A DNA stretch of 64,000 bases from Candidatus Freyarchaeum deiterrae (GTDB lineage: Archaea > Asgardarchaeota > Jordiarchaeia > Jordiarchaeales > Jordiarchaeaceae), in NCBI GenBank assembly GCA_037305845.1, contig CP147778.1:544001-608000 (forward strand), written 5' to 3'. Every line of letters begins with the position of its first letter. Within the stretch, counting starts at the first letter, position 1. Position numbers and translations under genes: made by a program. Shown piece after piece: positions 41,697 through 52,086 of the stretch. Below the pieces are notes generated by a model that saw only the letters and a list, made by a program, of their open reading frames with translations, did no database searches and was not told the origin of the DNA.

Positions 41697-43475
41697 ATGA
41701 GTAAGAAAACCAAGGCAAATCCTAGCAAGGAAAAAAAGGCAGCAAAAGAAGCCGCTAAACCAAAAGCAAAAGAAGCTGCTAAACCTATAGAAGGAGAGTT
41801 ACCAGACTACATAAAGAACAAAATCTGGTTGAAGAAATACCCTAGTGACTTCCCTAAAGAAGTTAAAATACCCACGGATAAGTCAATACCGGATGTGGCG
41901 GACGAAGCCGCAGAAAAGTGGCCAAACGAGGTAACCACAATATTCTACGGGAGAGAGTTCACCCGAAAAGAGTTTAAAGACAACATCGACAGGCTCACCA
42001 CAGCCTTCCAGCAGAAACTGGGAATCAAGAAAGGCGACAAGATAGCAATATACCTGCCCAACTGCCCCCAGTTCATAATAGCGTACTTGGCTGGCCTGGC
42101 AGCCGGGGCAACCATGACCTGCATCAGCCCGCTCTTCGTTTCCAGAGAAGTCGCGTACCAGATAAAAGACAGCGGAGCACAAACCCTAGTAACAATGGAT
42201 ATGTTCTGGAAAAATGTAGAAGAAGCAAAAAAGGAGGTTAAACTCAAAAACATCCTTATAACCAACATATTTGGACAGACACCCAATGTGCCAGAAAATG
42301 CTGCCCAAGGAATCCACCATATGACAAATTTGATTAAAGACACCGCACCCAACGTGACAAAAGTAAAATTCAATCCCATGAAAGACATTGCGGTAATTCA
42401 GTACACCGGTGGCACAACTGGCCTTCCCAAGGGTGCGCTCCTCACACACAACAACCTCATAGCAAACGCAATACAAATCCTACCCATAAATGAAACATTA
42501 AGGAAGAGATTCCATGAAGACAAGGTCAAGGCTATCACTGTGCTTCCTTGGTATCACATATATGGCCAGACCTGCGAGATCGTACTGAGCCAAATGATTG
42601 AGACAACCGGTGTCGTTTTTGCAAATTTCGACCCCGGAGCGGTTATTGACGCCATTCAGAAGTATAAACCATGGGTGTTATTAGGAGTATCTGCTATGCT
42701 TATCGCGCTCATGAACCACCCCAAGGCTCATGAGACGGATTTCACCTGTCTCAAATTTATGAGCATGGGAGCTGCACCGACTCCGGATGAGGTTGCGAAT
42801 CAGTGGAAGAAACTTTCAGGATGGCCGCTTAGTGAAGGTTTCGGTTTAACTGAAGCGAGCCCTGTCACTCACAGTCGAGCCGCTGTGCTGTTCGGCGAAA
42901 AATTGGGCAGCATCGGTCCACCGATTCCCAATACACTGGCTGGTGTAGTGGACCCGGAGAGCAACAAGTTCCTACCCATTGGTGAGATGGGTGAGCTGGT
43001 GATCAGCGGTCCCCAGGTTATGCAAGGCTACTGGAACAGACCGGAGGAAACCAAGAAAGTTTTCTTCGAGGCTGGAGGATACAAGTGGCTCAAAACCGGA
43101 GACCTAGCTAAGATGGATGACGAGGGATACTTCTACATTGTGGACCGCACCAAGGACATAATAAAGTATAAAGGCCACAGCGTTTATCCACGGGAAATCG
43201 AGGAAGTCATCTTCGAGCACCCAGCTGTACTGGAATGTGCAGTAATTGGTATACCAGACCCCAAAGCTGGAGAGAATATCAAGGCATTCATTTCGCTCAA
43301 ACCGGAGTGCAAGGGCAAAATAACCGAAGAGGAGATGAAGAACTGGATAAAGGAGCGGGTGGCGGCTTACAAGTATCCCAGATACGTGGAGTTCATCGAC
43401 ACTATTCCCAAGACTATCGTGGGCAAGGTTCTGAGACGAGTGCTTAGAGAGAGAGAAGCTGCAAAAATGGGGTAA
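41697..43475 (+). CDS. fadD: Long-chain fatty acid-CoA ligase, tandem copy 1
   Basis: QYTGGTTGLPKG, EGFGLTE, WLKTGDL, PKTIVGK. Confidence 0.92.
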   Translation: MSKKTKANPSKEKKAAKEAAKPKAKEAAKPIEGELPDYIKNKIWLKKYPSDFPKEVKIPTDKSIPDVADEAAEKWPNEVTTIFYGREFTRKEFKDNIDRLTTAFQQKLGIKKGDKIAIYLPNCPQFIIAYLAGLAAGATMTCISPLFVSREVAYQIKDSGAQTLVTMDMFWKNVEEAKKEVKLKNILITNIFGQTPNVPENAAQGIHHMTNLIKDTAPNVTKVKFNPMKDIAVIQYTGGTTGLPKGALLTHNNLIANAIQILPINETLRKRFHEDKVKAITVLPWYHIYGQTCEIVLSQMIETTGVVFANFDPGAVIDAIQKYKPWVLLGVSAMLIALMNHPKAHETDFTCLKFMSMGAAPTPDEVANQWKKLSGWPLSEGFGLTEASPVTHSRAAVLFGEKLGSIGPPIPNTLAGVVDPESNKFLPIGEMGELVISGPQVMQGYWNRPEETKKVFFEAGGYKWLKTGDLAKMDDEGYFYIVDRTKDIIKYKGHSVYPREIEEVIFEHPAVLECAVIGIPDPKAGENIKAFISLKPECKGKITEEEMKNWIKERVAAYKYPRYVEFIDTIPKTIVGKVLRRVLREREAAKMG

Positions 43476-43756
43476 CATTACCATTACTCTCTTTTTTTTA
43501 TTTGTTAGCCTTTTATTTTAAATAGAGTAAGATACCAGACAATAATTCGTAAAACCCCACTTATTTTAGAAACAGTAAGATGAGGAGTTTTAAAAAAGGA
43601 GTAAGAAGAAGAAGCAAAACACGGGAAACTAACGTAATTCAGTTCTGAAGGCTTCTTTTGAAGCGTTTGAAGTTTGTATTTAAAGGAAAAATACATTAGA
43701 ATTGAGCAGTTTTACCGAATTTATCAGCTCCATGTCTATTTTTAAGATTGTATTAT

Positions 43757-43780
43757 TTTTCAATTAATTTTATATAAGAG
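43757..43780 (+). promoter_or_regulatory. Conserved TATA-like promoter of the ligase paralogs
   Basis: caattaattttatataagag here and caattaattttaaataagag near 45792; a similar ttaattttaaataa lies upstream of copy 1; shared agaggagagag SD. Confidence 0.6.
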
Positions 43781-43872
43781 ATGGGAAAGAGTACTATACA
43801 AGTTGTTCAAAAAGAGGAACAATCTCCCTTTTATAAATAAAACAAAAAAGTATAGAGGAGAGAGATAAAAAA

Positions 43873-45693
43873 ATGAGTAAGAAAAAAGAATCAAAAGCAG
43901 CTGCTAAACCAGCAAAAGAAGCTGCTAAACCAGCAAAAGAAGCTGCTAAACCAGCAAAAGAAGCTGCTAAACCAGCAAAAGCAGCTGCCAAACCAAAGGA
44001 AGGAGAGTTACCAGACTATATAATTAACAAAATCTGGTTGAAGAAATACCCCAAAGAAGTAGCCACTGAAGTCAAAATACCCACTGACAAGTCGATACCC
44101 GACCTGTTCGATGAAGCAGTAGCAAGAAATCCAGACTTTATATCCATGATATTCTATGGAACACAGATACCCCGAAAATGGTTTAAGGACCAAGCGGACA
44201 GACTCGCCACAGCCTTCCAGAAAAAACTGGGAATCAAGAAAGGGGACAAAATAGCGATATATCTACCCAACTGCCCCGCTTTCATAGTAGCGTACTCTGC
44301 TGGACTGAAGGCCGGAGCAACCATGACCTGCATCAGCCCGCTCTTCGTTTCCAGAGAAGTCGCGTACCAGATGAAAGACAGCGGAGCACAAACCCTAGTA
44401 ACCATGGACACATTCTACCCAAGAGTAACCGCGGACGAAGTAAAAAAAGAGGTTAAAATCAAGAACATCATCTTAATGAACCTATTTGGACAGCCAGTTA
44501 CCGTGCCAGAAAACCCTGCCCAAGGAATCTACCATATGGCCAACCTGATAAAAGACACCGCGCCCGACGTAACCAAAGTAAAAATAGACCCTATGAAAGA
44601 CCTCGCGGTGATCCAGTACACTGGAGGCACAACCGGTCTACCCAAGGGTGCAATGCTCACGCACAACAACCTCATATCAAACGCCTACCAGATTAGACCG
44701 GCCACTGATGCACAAATGAAGAAGTTCAAGGAACCTATCATTAAAGCAATCAGCGTGCTTCCATGGTATCACATATACGGTCAGACCTGTGAAATCGTGA
44801 CTGCCCAACTGCTCGATTCAACCGCTACCGTTTTTGCAGATTTCAACCCCCAGCTTGTTCTTGAAGCCATCAACAAGTTTAGACCCTGGCAGTTCTTAGC
44901 GGTTTCCGCCCTGCTCATTGCACTGATGAACCACCCCAAGGCCAAGGAAACAGATTTCACCAGTCTCAAATACATGAACATGGGTGCCGCGTCAACCCCG
45001 GACGTGGTTGCGAATCAGTGGAAGAAACTCTCAGGATGGCCGCTTAGTGAAGGCTACGGTCTAACTGAAACAAGCCCCGTCACCCACACTCGACCCGCAT
45101 CACTGTTCGGTGAAAAATTGGGCAGTATCGGTCCACCGATTCCCAATACACTTGCAGGCGTAGTGGATCCGGAGAGCAACAAGTTCTTACCAATCGGTGA
45201 GATGGGCGAGCTTGTGATCAATGGTCCCCAGGTGATGCAGGGCTACTGGAACAGACCAGAAGAAACCAAGAAGGTGTTCTTCGAAGCCGGAGGGCTAAAG
45301 TGGCTTAAAACCGGTGACCTTGCCACGATGGACAAAGAAGGATACTTCTACATAGTGGACCGTACTAAGGACATAATAAAGTACAAGGGACACAGCGTCT
45401 ATCCCAGAGAAATTGAGGAAGTCCTCTTTACGAACCCCGCGATACTGGAGGCCGCGGTTATCGGTATACCAGACCCTGAGGCCGGTGAGAACATAAAAGC
45501 GGTCATTGTGCTGAAACCGGAGTCCAAGGGCAAAGTAACCGAGAATGAGATGATAGAGTGGTGCAAGAAAAACATGGCGGCCTACAAGTATCCCCGATAC
45601 GTGGAGTTCGTAGACGCTCTACCCAAGACAAATGTAGGCAAAATCCTAAGAAGAGTACTCAGAGAGCAGGATGCTGCGAAGAGAAAGAAGTAA
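43873..45693 (+). CDS. fadD: Long-chain fatty acid-CoA ligase, tandem copy 2
   Basis: Same AMP-binding motifs; N-terminal AAKPAKE repeats. Confidence 0.92.
   Translation: MSKKKESKAAAKPAKEAAKPAKEAAKPAKEAAKPAKAAAKPKEGELPDYIINKIWLKKYPKEVATEVKIPTDKSIPDLFDEAVARNPDFISMIFYGTQIPRKWFKDQADRLATAFQKKLGIKKGDKIAIYLPNCPAFIVAYSAGLKAGATMTCISPLFVSREVAYQMKDSGAQTLVTMDTFYPRVTADEVKKEVKIKNIILMNLFGQPVTVPENPAQGIYHMANLIKDTAPDVTKVKIDPMKDLAVIQYTGGTTGLPKGAMLTHNNLISNAYQIRPATDAQMKKFKEPIIKAISVLPWYHIYGQTCEIVTAQLLDSTATVFADFNPQLVLEAINKFRPWQFLAVSALLIALMNHPKAKETDFTSLKYMNMGAASTPDVVANQWKKLSGWPLSEGYGLTETSPVTHTRPASLFGEKLGSIGPPIPNTLAGVVDPESNKFLPIGEMGELVINGPQVMQGYWNRPEETKKVFFEAGGLKWLKTGDLATMDKEGYFYIVDRTKDIIKYKGHSVYPREIEEVLFTNPAILEAAVIGIPDPEAGENIKAVIVLKPESKGKVTENEMIEWCKKNMAAYKYPRYVEFVDALPKTNVGKILRRVLREQDAAKRKK
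43900..43995 (+). repeat. 21-nt in-frame tandem repeat encoding AAKPAKE (about 4.5 copies)
   Basis: gctgctaaaccagcaaaagaa repeated in tandem. Confidence 0.9.
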
Positions 45694-45885
45694 TTCTAAA
45701 AACTTCTTTTTTCATTTTTTATTTTTTTAAAAAAGAAATGCTATCGTATTTTTGATTATTACTATTTCTACTTTTTGCTTCATAGTTCCTGCAATTAATT
45801 TTAAATAAGAGTTAAATAGTAGAATACAGTTATTAAAAAGAAAATTAATTTTCTCTTCAAAAAAGTATAGAGGAGAGAGTAAAGA

Positions 45886-47607
45886 ATGAGTAAAAAAGAA
45901 TCAAAAGAAGGAGAACTACCAGATTATATAAAGAAAAAAATTTGGCTGAAGTCTTACCCCAAAGATGTGCCCAAAGAAGTTGTAATACCCACAGATAAGT
46001 CGATATCCGACCTGTTTGATGATGCTGTAGCAAGGAATTCCGAGTTCGTAAGCATGATATTCTATGACAGAGAAATCAAAAGAAAAGACTTTAAGGACAG
46101 AGTGGACAGGCTCTGCACTGCCTTCCAGCAGAAGCTTGGAGTCAAGAAAGGTGACAAGATAGCGATATACCTGCTCAACGGCCCAGACTACATCGTAGCG
46201 TACATGGCTGGACTGAAGGCCGGAGCGACCCTGACCTGCATCAGCCCGCTCTTCGTTTCCCGAGAAGTCGCTTATCAGATAAAGGACAGCGGAGCACAAA
46301 CTCTGGTAACCCTTGACATATTTTACCCCAGAATAACCGTGGACGAAGTGAAGAACGATATCAAAGGACTCAAAAACGTTATCCTGACGAACCTGTTCGG
46401 ACAGACACCTAACGTGCCCGAGAGCAAGGAGAAAGGAATCTACCACATGGCAAACCTGATACAAAACACTGCTCCCAACGTGACAAAAGTAAAAATAGAC
46501 CCCATGAAAGACATCGCCGTAATCCAGTACACCGGAGGCACAACCGGTCTACCCAAGGGTGCACTCCTTACACACTACAACCTCATAGCAAACGCCTACG
46601 AGGTTAAAGGTGGAACAGAAGCAATGGAGAAGAGGTTCAAGGAAGATAAGGTTAGATCTATCAGCTTACTTCCTTGGTATCACATATACGGTCAGACCTG
46701 TGAGATTGTAGCTGGTCAGCTGATCGATACAACAGCTGTGGTTTTTGCAGATCCGGGTAATACTGCACTGGTTCTTGACGCTATTAATAAGTATAAGCCT
46801 TGGTTTATCTTGGCGGTTCCCACTATGCTAATTCAGTTCTTGAACAACCCCAAAACTAAGGACACAAATTTCACTAGTGTCAAATACATGAACATGGGTT
46901 CCTCATCGACCCCGGATGCGGTTGCGAACCAGTGGAAGAAACTCTCAGGATGGCCACTCAGCGAAGGCTACGGTCTAACTGAAGCAAGCCCCGTGACACA
47001 CACCCGACAAGCTGTGCTATTAGGTGAAAAAAATGGTAGCATCGGCCCACCCATTCCCAATACACTTGCAGGCGTAGTGGATCCGGAGAGCAACAAGTTC
47101 CTACCCATTGGAGAGCTGGGTGAGCTAGTGATCAGCGGTCCCCAGGTTATGCAGGGCTACTGGAATAAACCAGAAGAGAGCAAGAAGGTGTTCTTCGAAG
47201 CCGGAGGATACAAGTGGCTGAAAACCGGTGACTTGGCCAAGATGGACAAGCAGGGATTCTTCTTCATAGTGGACCGTACTAAGGACATAATAAAGTACAA
47301 GGGACACAGCGTTTATCCCAGAGAAATCGAAGAAGTCCTCTTTACGAACCCCGCGGTACTGGAGTGTGCAATTATTGGTATACCAGACCCTGAGGCCGGT
47401 GAGAACATAAAAGCAATAATAGTGCTGAAACCAGATTACAAGGGCAAGGTTACCGAGGATCAGATGAAGGACTGGCTTAAGGAGCGGGTGGCAGCATACA
47501 AGTATCCCAGATACATAGAGTTCGCGGACAGTCTCCCCAAGTCCAACGTGGGTAAAGTTTTAAGAAGAGTACTCAGAGAGCAGGATGCTACGAAGAGAAA
47601 GAAGTAA
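45886..47607 (+). CDS. fadD: Long-chain fatty acid-CoA ligase, tandem copy 3
   Basis: Same AMP-binding motifs. Confidence 0.92.
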   Translation: MSKKESKEGELPDYIKKKIWLKSYPKDVPKEVVIPTDKSISDLFDDAVARNSEFVSMIFYDREIKRKDFKDRVDRLCTAFQQKLGVKKGDKIAIYLLNGPDYIVAYMAGLKAGATLTCISPLFVSREVAYQIKDSGAQTLVTLDIFYPRITVDEVKNDIKGLKNVILTNLFGQTPNVPESKEKGIYHMANLIQNTAPNVTKVKIDPMKDIAVIQYTGGTTGLPKGALLTHYNLIANAYEVKGGTEAMEKRFKEDKVRSISLLPWYHIYGQTCEIVAGQLIDTTAVVFADPGNTALVLDAINKYKPWFILAVPTMLIQFLNNPKTKDTNFTSVKYMNMGSSSTPDAVANQWKKLSGWPLSEGYGLTEASPVTHTRQAVLLGEKNGSIGPPIPNTLAGVVDPESNKFLPIGELGELVISGPQVMQGYWNKPEESKKVFFEAGGYKWLKTGDLAKMDKQGFFFIVDRTKDIIKYKGHSVYPREIEEVLFTNPAVLECAIIGIPDPEAGENIKAIIVLKPDYKGKVTEDQMKDWLKERVAAYKYPRYIEFADSLPKSNVGKVLRRVLREQDATKRKK

Positions 47608-47798
47608 CCCTTAAAACTTTTTTTCATTTCTATTCTATTTTTTGTAGTTTTATTTTAAAGATTTAGTCAAGGTTGTACATAATCTTGTTTTTTGTGAGAT
47701 TATTTCATTTTTTAATATTATTACTGTTTGTGGTATTGTTTATTAATTCGTAGAACGATAAAGTATAAAGCATAATGCTATTATGGTAGGTTTTATTT

Positions 47799-49502
47799 AT
47801 GCCTAGCTCAAAAGAGTCTGGGAAGTTGCCCGAATATGTTAGGAAGAAAATTTGGTTGAAGAGTTATCCCAAGGGTTACCCTCAAAAGATTAAAGTACCC
47901 AAAAAATCTTTACCTGATGCGTTCAGAAAAGCGGATAAAAAATACGGTAACTCCGTTAGCATCGTTTTTTATGATAAGGAATACTCCCGTAAACAAATTA
48001 GGGAGTGGGCTGATAGATTTGCTACAGCTCTCTACAAACTGGGAGTGAGAAAGGGTGACATAGTGGCGATCTACCTGCCGAATTGCCTTCAGTTTCTAGT
48101 AGTGTACTTTGGCATTTTGGAAATAGGGGCCACGGTTACCGCTATCAGTCCCCTATTTGTGCCCCGTGAGGTTGCCTACCAGCTGAATGACAGCGGAGCA
48201 GAAACCATAGTAACAATTGATCTTTTCTACAACAACGTGAAACAGATTAAAAATGAAACACGGCTCAAAAACATTATAGTGTGCAGTCTACTGGGGGGCG
48301 GACTCCGACTCGAGGCAGAAGACTTGGATAAAATATTGAAATATGATGAACTAATAGAGGGAGCTTCACCGAATCCACCAAGGGTAAAAATAAAACCCAA
48401 AGAAGATGTGGCAATTCTCCAGTACACCGGAGGAACCACGGGCTTGCCTAAGGGTGCGATGCTTACACACTACAACGTTTTAGCCGACGCGTTGCAGATA
48501 GCGCCCATCATAGAAACCTTGAACAAAAAATTTGGTTTTAAAAGAACCATAGCAATTTCGGTTTTACCCTGGTATCACATATACGGCCAGACTGTTGAAA
48601 TTGTCGTTGGTAACCTATTAAACAGCCTCGGTATCGGTTTTACTCAATTTGATCCCGCTTCAATTCTCGAGGCGATTCAGAGGTATAAGCCGAATATATT
48701 TATTGCTGTTCCAGCTATTCTGATCTTTTTGTTGAACCATCCGAAGTCTCATGAGATCGACTTTTCCAGTTTGAAGTATCTTACTATGGGTGCTGCCCCC
48801 GCTCCTGTCGAACTTTTTAAGCAGTGGCAGCAGTTATCGGGTAATCTTCTTAGTGAGGGTTATGGTTTAACAGAAGCCAGCCCAGTTACTCATACTCGTT
48901 GTGCTCCGATTTTTGATGGGGTTCCAGGTTCTGTTGGCCCTCCTGTGCCTAATACCCTAGCGGCTATAGTGAACCCAGAAACTAACGCGTTTCTGCCTAT
49001 CGGTGAGCTGGGTGAGCTGGTGGTCAGCGGTCCTCAGGTTATGAAAGGTTACTGGAAACGCCCCGTGGAAACCGAAAAGGTGTTCTTTTACGCTGGCGGT
49101 GTAAAGTGGCTGAAGACCGGCGACCTTGCCCGGATGGATGCAAATGGTCATTTTTACATTGTTGACCGCGTCAAGGACATAATTAAGTATAAGGGTCACA
49201 GTGTTTATCCGAGGGAGCTTGAAGAGGTTTTATTCGAACACGAGGCGGTAATGGACGCTACGGTGATTGGTGTGCCTGACCCTGAGGCGGGTGAGCAGAT
49301 TAAGGCTTTTATCGTTTTGAAGCCCCAGTTTAAGGACAAGGTCAAGGAAAATGACGTTTGGTCCTGGTGCAAGGAGAGAATGGCGGCTTATAAGTATCCG
49401 AGGTACATCGAGTTTGTAGGGTCTCTTCCTAAGAGTATGGTTGGTAAGACTTTGAGAAGGGTGCTGAGAGAGCAGGAGGCACAAAAAACAAGGGCAACCT
49501 AA
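47799..49502 (+). CDS. fadD: Long-chain fatty acid-CoA ligase, tandem copy 4 (more diverged)
   Basis: Same AMP-binding motifs. Confidence 0.92.
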   Translation: MPSSKESGKLPEYVRKKIWLKSYPKGYPQKIKVPKKSLPDAFRKADKKYGNSVSIVFYDKEYSRKQIREWADRFATALYKLGVRKGDIVAIYLPNCLQFLVVYFGILEIGATVTAISPLFVPREVAYQLNDSGAETIVTIDLFYNNVKQIKNETRLKNIIVCSLLGGGLRLEAEDLDKILKYDELIEGASPNPPRVKIKPKEDVAILQYTGGTTGLPKGAMLTHYNVLADALQIAPIIETLNKKFGFKRTIAISVLPWYHIYGQTVEIVVGNLLNSLGIGFTQFDPASILEAIQRYKPNIFIAVPAILIFLLNHPKSHEIDFSSLKYLTMGAAPAPVELFKQWQQLSGNLLSEGYGLTEASPVTHTRCAPIFDGVPGSVGPPVPNTLAAIVNPETNAFLPIGELGELVVSGPQVMKGYWKRPVETEKVFFYAGGVKWLKTGDLARMDANGHFYIVDRVKDIIKYKGHSVYPRELEEVLFEHEAVMDATVIGVPDPEAGEQIKAFIVLKPQFKDKVKENDVWSWCKERMAAYKYPRYIEFVGSLPKSMVGKTLRRVLREQEAQKTRAT

Positions 49503-49610
49503 TTTCTACGCTCTCGTTTTAATTTTTCCTTTTTCGGTATCTAGAGACTGCAAAACTTTATTTAGGAATAATTTCTATTCTTGAAATACGTTTCGCTTGG
49601 TTGGTAAGGT

Positions 49611-50441
49611 TTGGATATTGTTTTTGAGGTGGTGTTTTTTATGCCGAAGTTTGAGACGGTTCTTTATGAGAAGAAAGGCAGTGTAGCGGTTATAACGCTT
49701 AACCGTCCTGAGAAGCTGAATGCTCTGAATTCGCAGATGAATAAGGATCTGAAACGTGCTTTAGGGGAGACTAAAGATGACCCCAAGGTGAGGGCTGTAG
49801 TTCTCACAGGTGCGGGTCGCGGTTTCTGTGCAGGCGCTGATATTTCGGATTTTGCTGGCGGTGTCACGCTTGAGGACTTTAAGAAGCTGACTGAGCAGGG
49901 TATTACACCTGAAACTCTCATTACACCTTATGATTTGATTGAAGTGCCTAAGCCTATTATTGCGGCGGTTAACGGTGTGGCGGTGGGTTTCGGTACAAAT
50001 GTTCTTTTGAACTGTGATATCATAATTGCTTCTGAAGCGGCTAGTTTTGGAGAATTCTTCGTCAGAATGGCGATACTTCCGGATATGAATGGATGCCTAC
50101 TGCTCCCCCTGCTTTTGGGAATTCACAAAGCAAAAGAACTAATTTTCACCGGTGATCGAATAAATGCTCAGGAAGCGTTAAGAATAGGACTGGTTAACCG
50201 AGTAGTTCCACCGGATCAGTTGATGCCTACAGTGATGGAACTCGCGAATCGGCTGGCTGAGGGGCCCCCTCTGGCGCTGGCGATGTCTAAGAAGTTTATT
50301 TATGAGGGTTTCCAAAAAATATTTGATGAGATGATTGTAAAGGAAGCTCAGTATCAAACCCAGCTTTACGCCTCTGAGGACCACAGAGAGGCTGCGGCGT
50401 CATTTCTAGAAAAGAGAAAACCAGTTTTCAAGGGCAAGTAG
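49611..50441 (+). CDS. Enoyl-CoA hydratase/isomerase, PaaG-like; start probably ATG 49641
   Basis: LNRPEKLNAL, FCAGADI, FVRMAILPDMNG (Asp-type, no catalytic Glu), FLEKRKPVFKGK. Confidence 0.88.
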   Translation: MDIVFEVVFFMPKFETVLYEKKGSVAVITLNRPEKLNALNSQMNKDLKRALGETKDDPKVRAVVLTGAGRGFCAGADISDFAGGVTLEDFKKLTEQGITPETLITPYDLIEVPKPIIAAVNGVAVGFGTNVLLNCDIIIASEAASFGEFFVRMAILPDMNGCLLLPLLLGIHKAKELIFTGDRINAQEALRIGLVNRVVPPDQLMPTVMELANRLAEGPPLALAMSKKFIYEGFQKIFDEMIVKEAQYQTQLYASEDHREAAASFLEKRKPVFKGK

Positions 50442-50476
50442 TTTTTTAGCGGCGTCCTTATTATTCCTATCTTTAT

Positions 50477-51226
50477 TTATTTTTGTTTGTTTTTTGGTTT
50501 GTTTTGGGTATCTAGAACTTTGAAGAGAGTGGTTCTGAGTTCCGGGAATCCTTTTGCTACTGCTATGGCTCCGTACTTGTTTCCATCGGGATTCTCTTGC
50601 CAGTCTATCCATACAGCGTCTATGCCGGCTGCCTTCGCTCCTTGTATGTCCGTCTGTTGGCTGTCTCCTACATGAATGGCTTGTTCGGGTTTAATATCCA
50701 GTCTCTTTAAAACTTCTAGAAAAGGTTGAGGACTAGGTTTGGCTTCGGGGGTTGTTTCACCCGCGACTACGTAGGTGTCAAAAAATTTCGCCAGTCCGGA
50801 GGCTTTGAATCGATTCTCCTTCCATCCTGGGGCGACATCTGTGTCGCTTAGCAGGCCGAGTTTGTATCCCTTTTGTTTGAGCTCTTTTAGGAGTTCCGGT
50901 GCGCCTTTGTAGACTTTGGATGTGTCTCTTAGAACTGTCCAGTAAGTACTGGTCAGTTTGTAGATGAAGTCTTGGGGAACGTTGGTTACATTTAGCTCTT
51001 TGAAAATAACGTTCCACCACTCGTTTCTGTTTCGTATTAGCTTTTTCTCCTCTTCGTATTCAGTTTTTTTTACTAATTCAAGTATAGTTTTGTAGTTGGC
51101 TTTTATTCCCCTTTTTTTTAGGCAATCAGTTATGAGCTTTGTCACTTTTTTGTGTGATTCTATGCGGTTAGAGAAAGAATCTATAAGGGTTCCATCAAAA
51201 TCAAAGATTATTCCCAGCTTTTTCAT
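50477..51226 (-). CDS. HAD-superfamily hydrolase
   Basis: FDFDGTL, LLSD, KPSP, HVGDS..DI.GAKAAG. Confidence 0.92.
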   Translation of the reverse strand: MKKLGIIFDFDGTLIDSFSNRIESHKKVTKLITDCLKKRGIKANYKTILELVKKTEYEEEKKLIRNRNEWWNVIFKELNVTNVPQDFIYKLTSTYWTVLRDTSKVYKGAPELLKELKQKGYKLGLLSDTDVAPGWKENRFKASGLAKFFDTYVVAGETTPEAKPSPQPFLEVLKRLDIKPEQAIHVGDSQQTDIQGAKAAGIDAVWIDWQENPDGNKYGAIAVAKGFPELRTTLFKVLDTQNKPKNKQK

Positions 51227-51354
51227 TTCACAAATCCCCTTTAGAATATCTACAAAATAATCAGTATTTTATGAAGAATGAAGTCATCCCATTTAAATTT
51301 TTGCACCAAGTAATTTTTTGTTTCTGGCTTTTCAAAAAAAGGAATGATGGGGGT

Positions 51355-52086
51355 TTAACCGTATTTTTCTTTTACCCAGGAGTAGATTACTTCTAGTTGT
51401 TTTTTGAGGCGTGCCTTTTGTTCGGGTGTCTTTCTGGATTTCGGTTTTTCGGAGGGAATCGCGTAAATGTCTAGTACTGAGCCTTGGGGCTGGTCTACAA
51501 ATTTTACGGTTACTGGTGTGTCGCACTCTATGTCTTCTATGTTGTATCCCGCTTCTTCCATGGACACTCGTAGTGCGATTAGGGTGTTGCAGCCATCCAC
51601 TCTTACGTAGCCTAATACTAGGGGTAGCTGGGGTAGGAACGCTTCTGCGGCGAAGCCGAGTATTGCGTAGCTGTGGAGGATACCTTGGGGTTTTAACTCA
51701 ATCCATTCTGTTTCCTCTAGGTTGCATTCTGGTCTCCAGCAGTGTGCTCTTGGTGGCATAAATTTGTCTCCGCAGTGGGGGCATTGTGTGCCGTAGATTT
51801 TTTTCTCTAATAAACCCTCAAAGAACTTTGACACTCTTCCGTAACTGTGATTATATAGGATATCGTAGGGTCTGTATACTCGCATGTATCTTCTGGATTC
51901 GAGCTCATCTATTCGCGGTCCCTCATCTGCTTCTATGATCTTGTAACCCGCTATCGACATTTTACCCAAACTTCCCCAATCCTTGAATTGGGGGTCTAGG
52001 GGTGCTTCTTTAATGATTTTGGCGTTGTGTCCCAGCTCTCCAATTTTGGGCCATTTGAATTTCTTTTCTTTAGACATCATTTTCAC
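51355..52086 (-). CDS. DUF35 Zn-ribbon/OB-fold thiolase partner
   Basis: FFEGL..KIYGTQCPHCG..FMPPRAHC..EC, followed by an OB fold. Confidence 0.88.
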   Translation of the reverse strand: MKMMSKEKKFKWPKIGELGHNAKIIKEAPLDPQFKDWGSLGKMSIAGYKIIEADEGPRIDELESRRYMRVYRPYDILYNHSYGRVSKFFEGLLEKKIYGTQCPHCGDKFMPPRAHCWRPECNLEETEWIELKPQGILHSYAILGFAAEAFLPQLPLVLGYVRVDGCNTLIALRVSMEEAGYNIEDIECDTPVTVKFVDQPQGSVLDIYAIPSEKPKSRKTPEQKARLKKQLEVIYSWVKEKYG

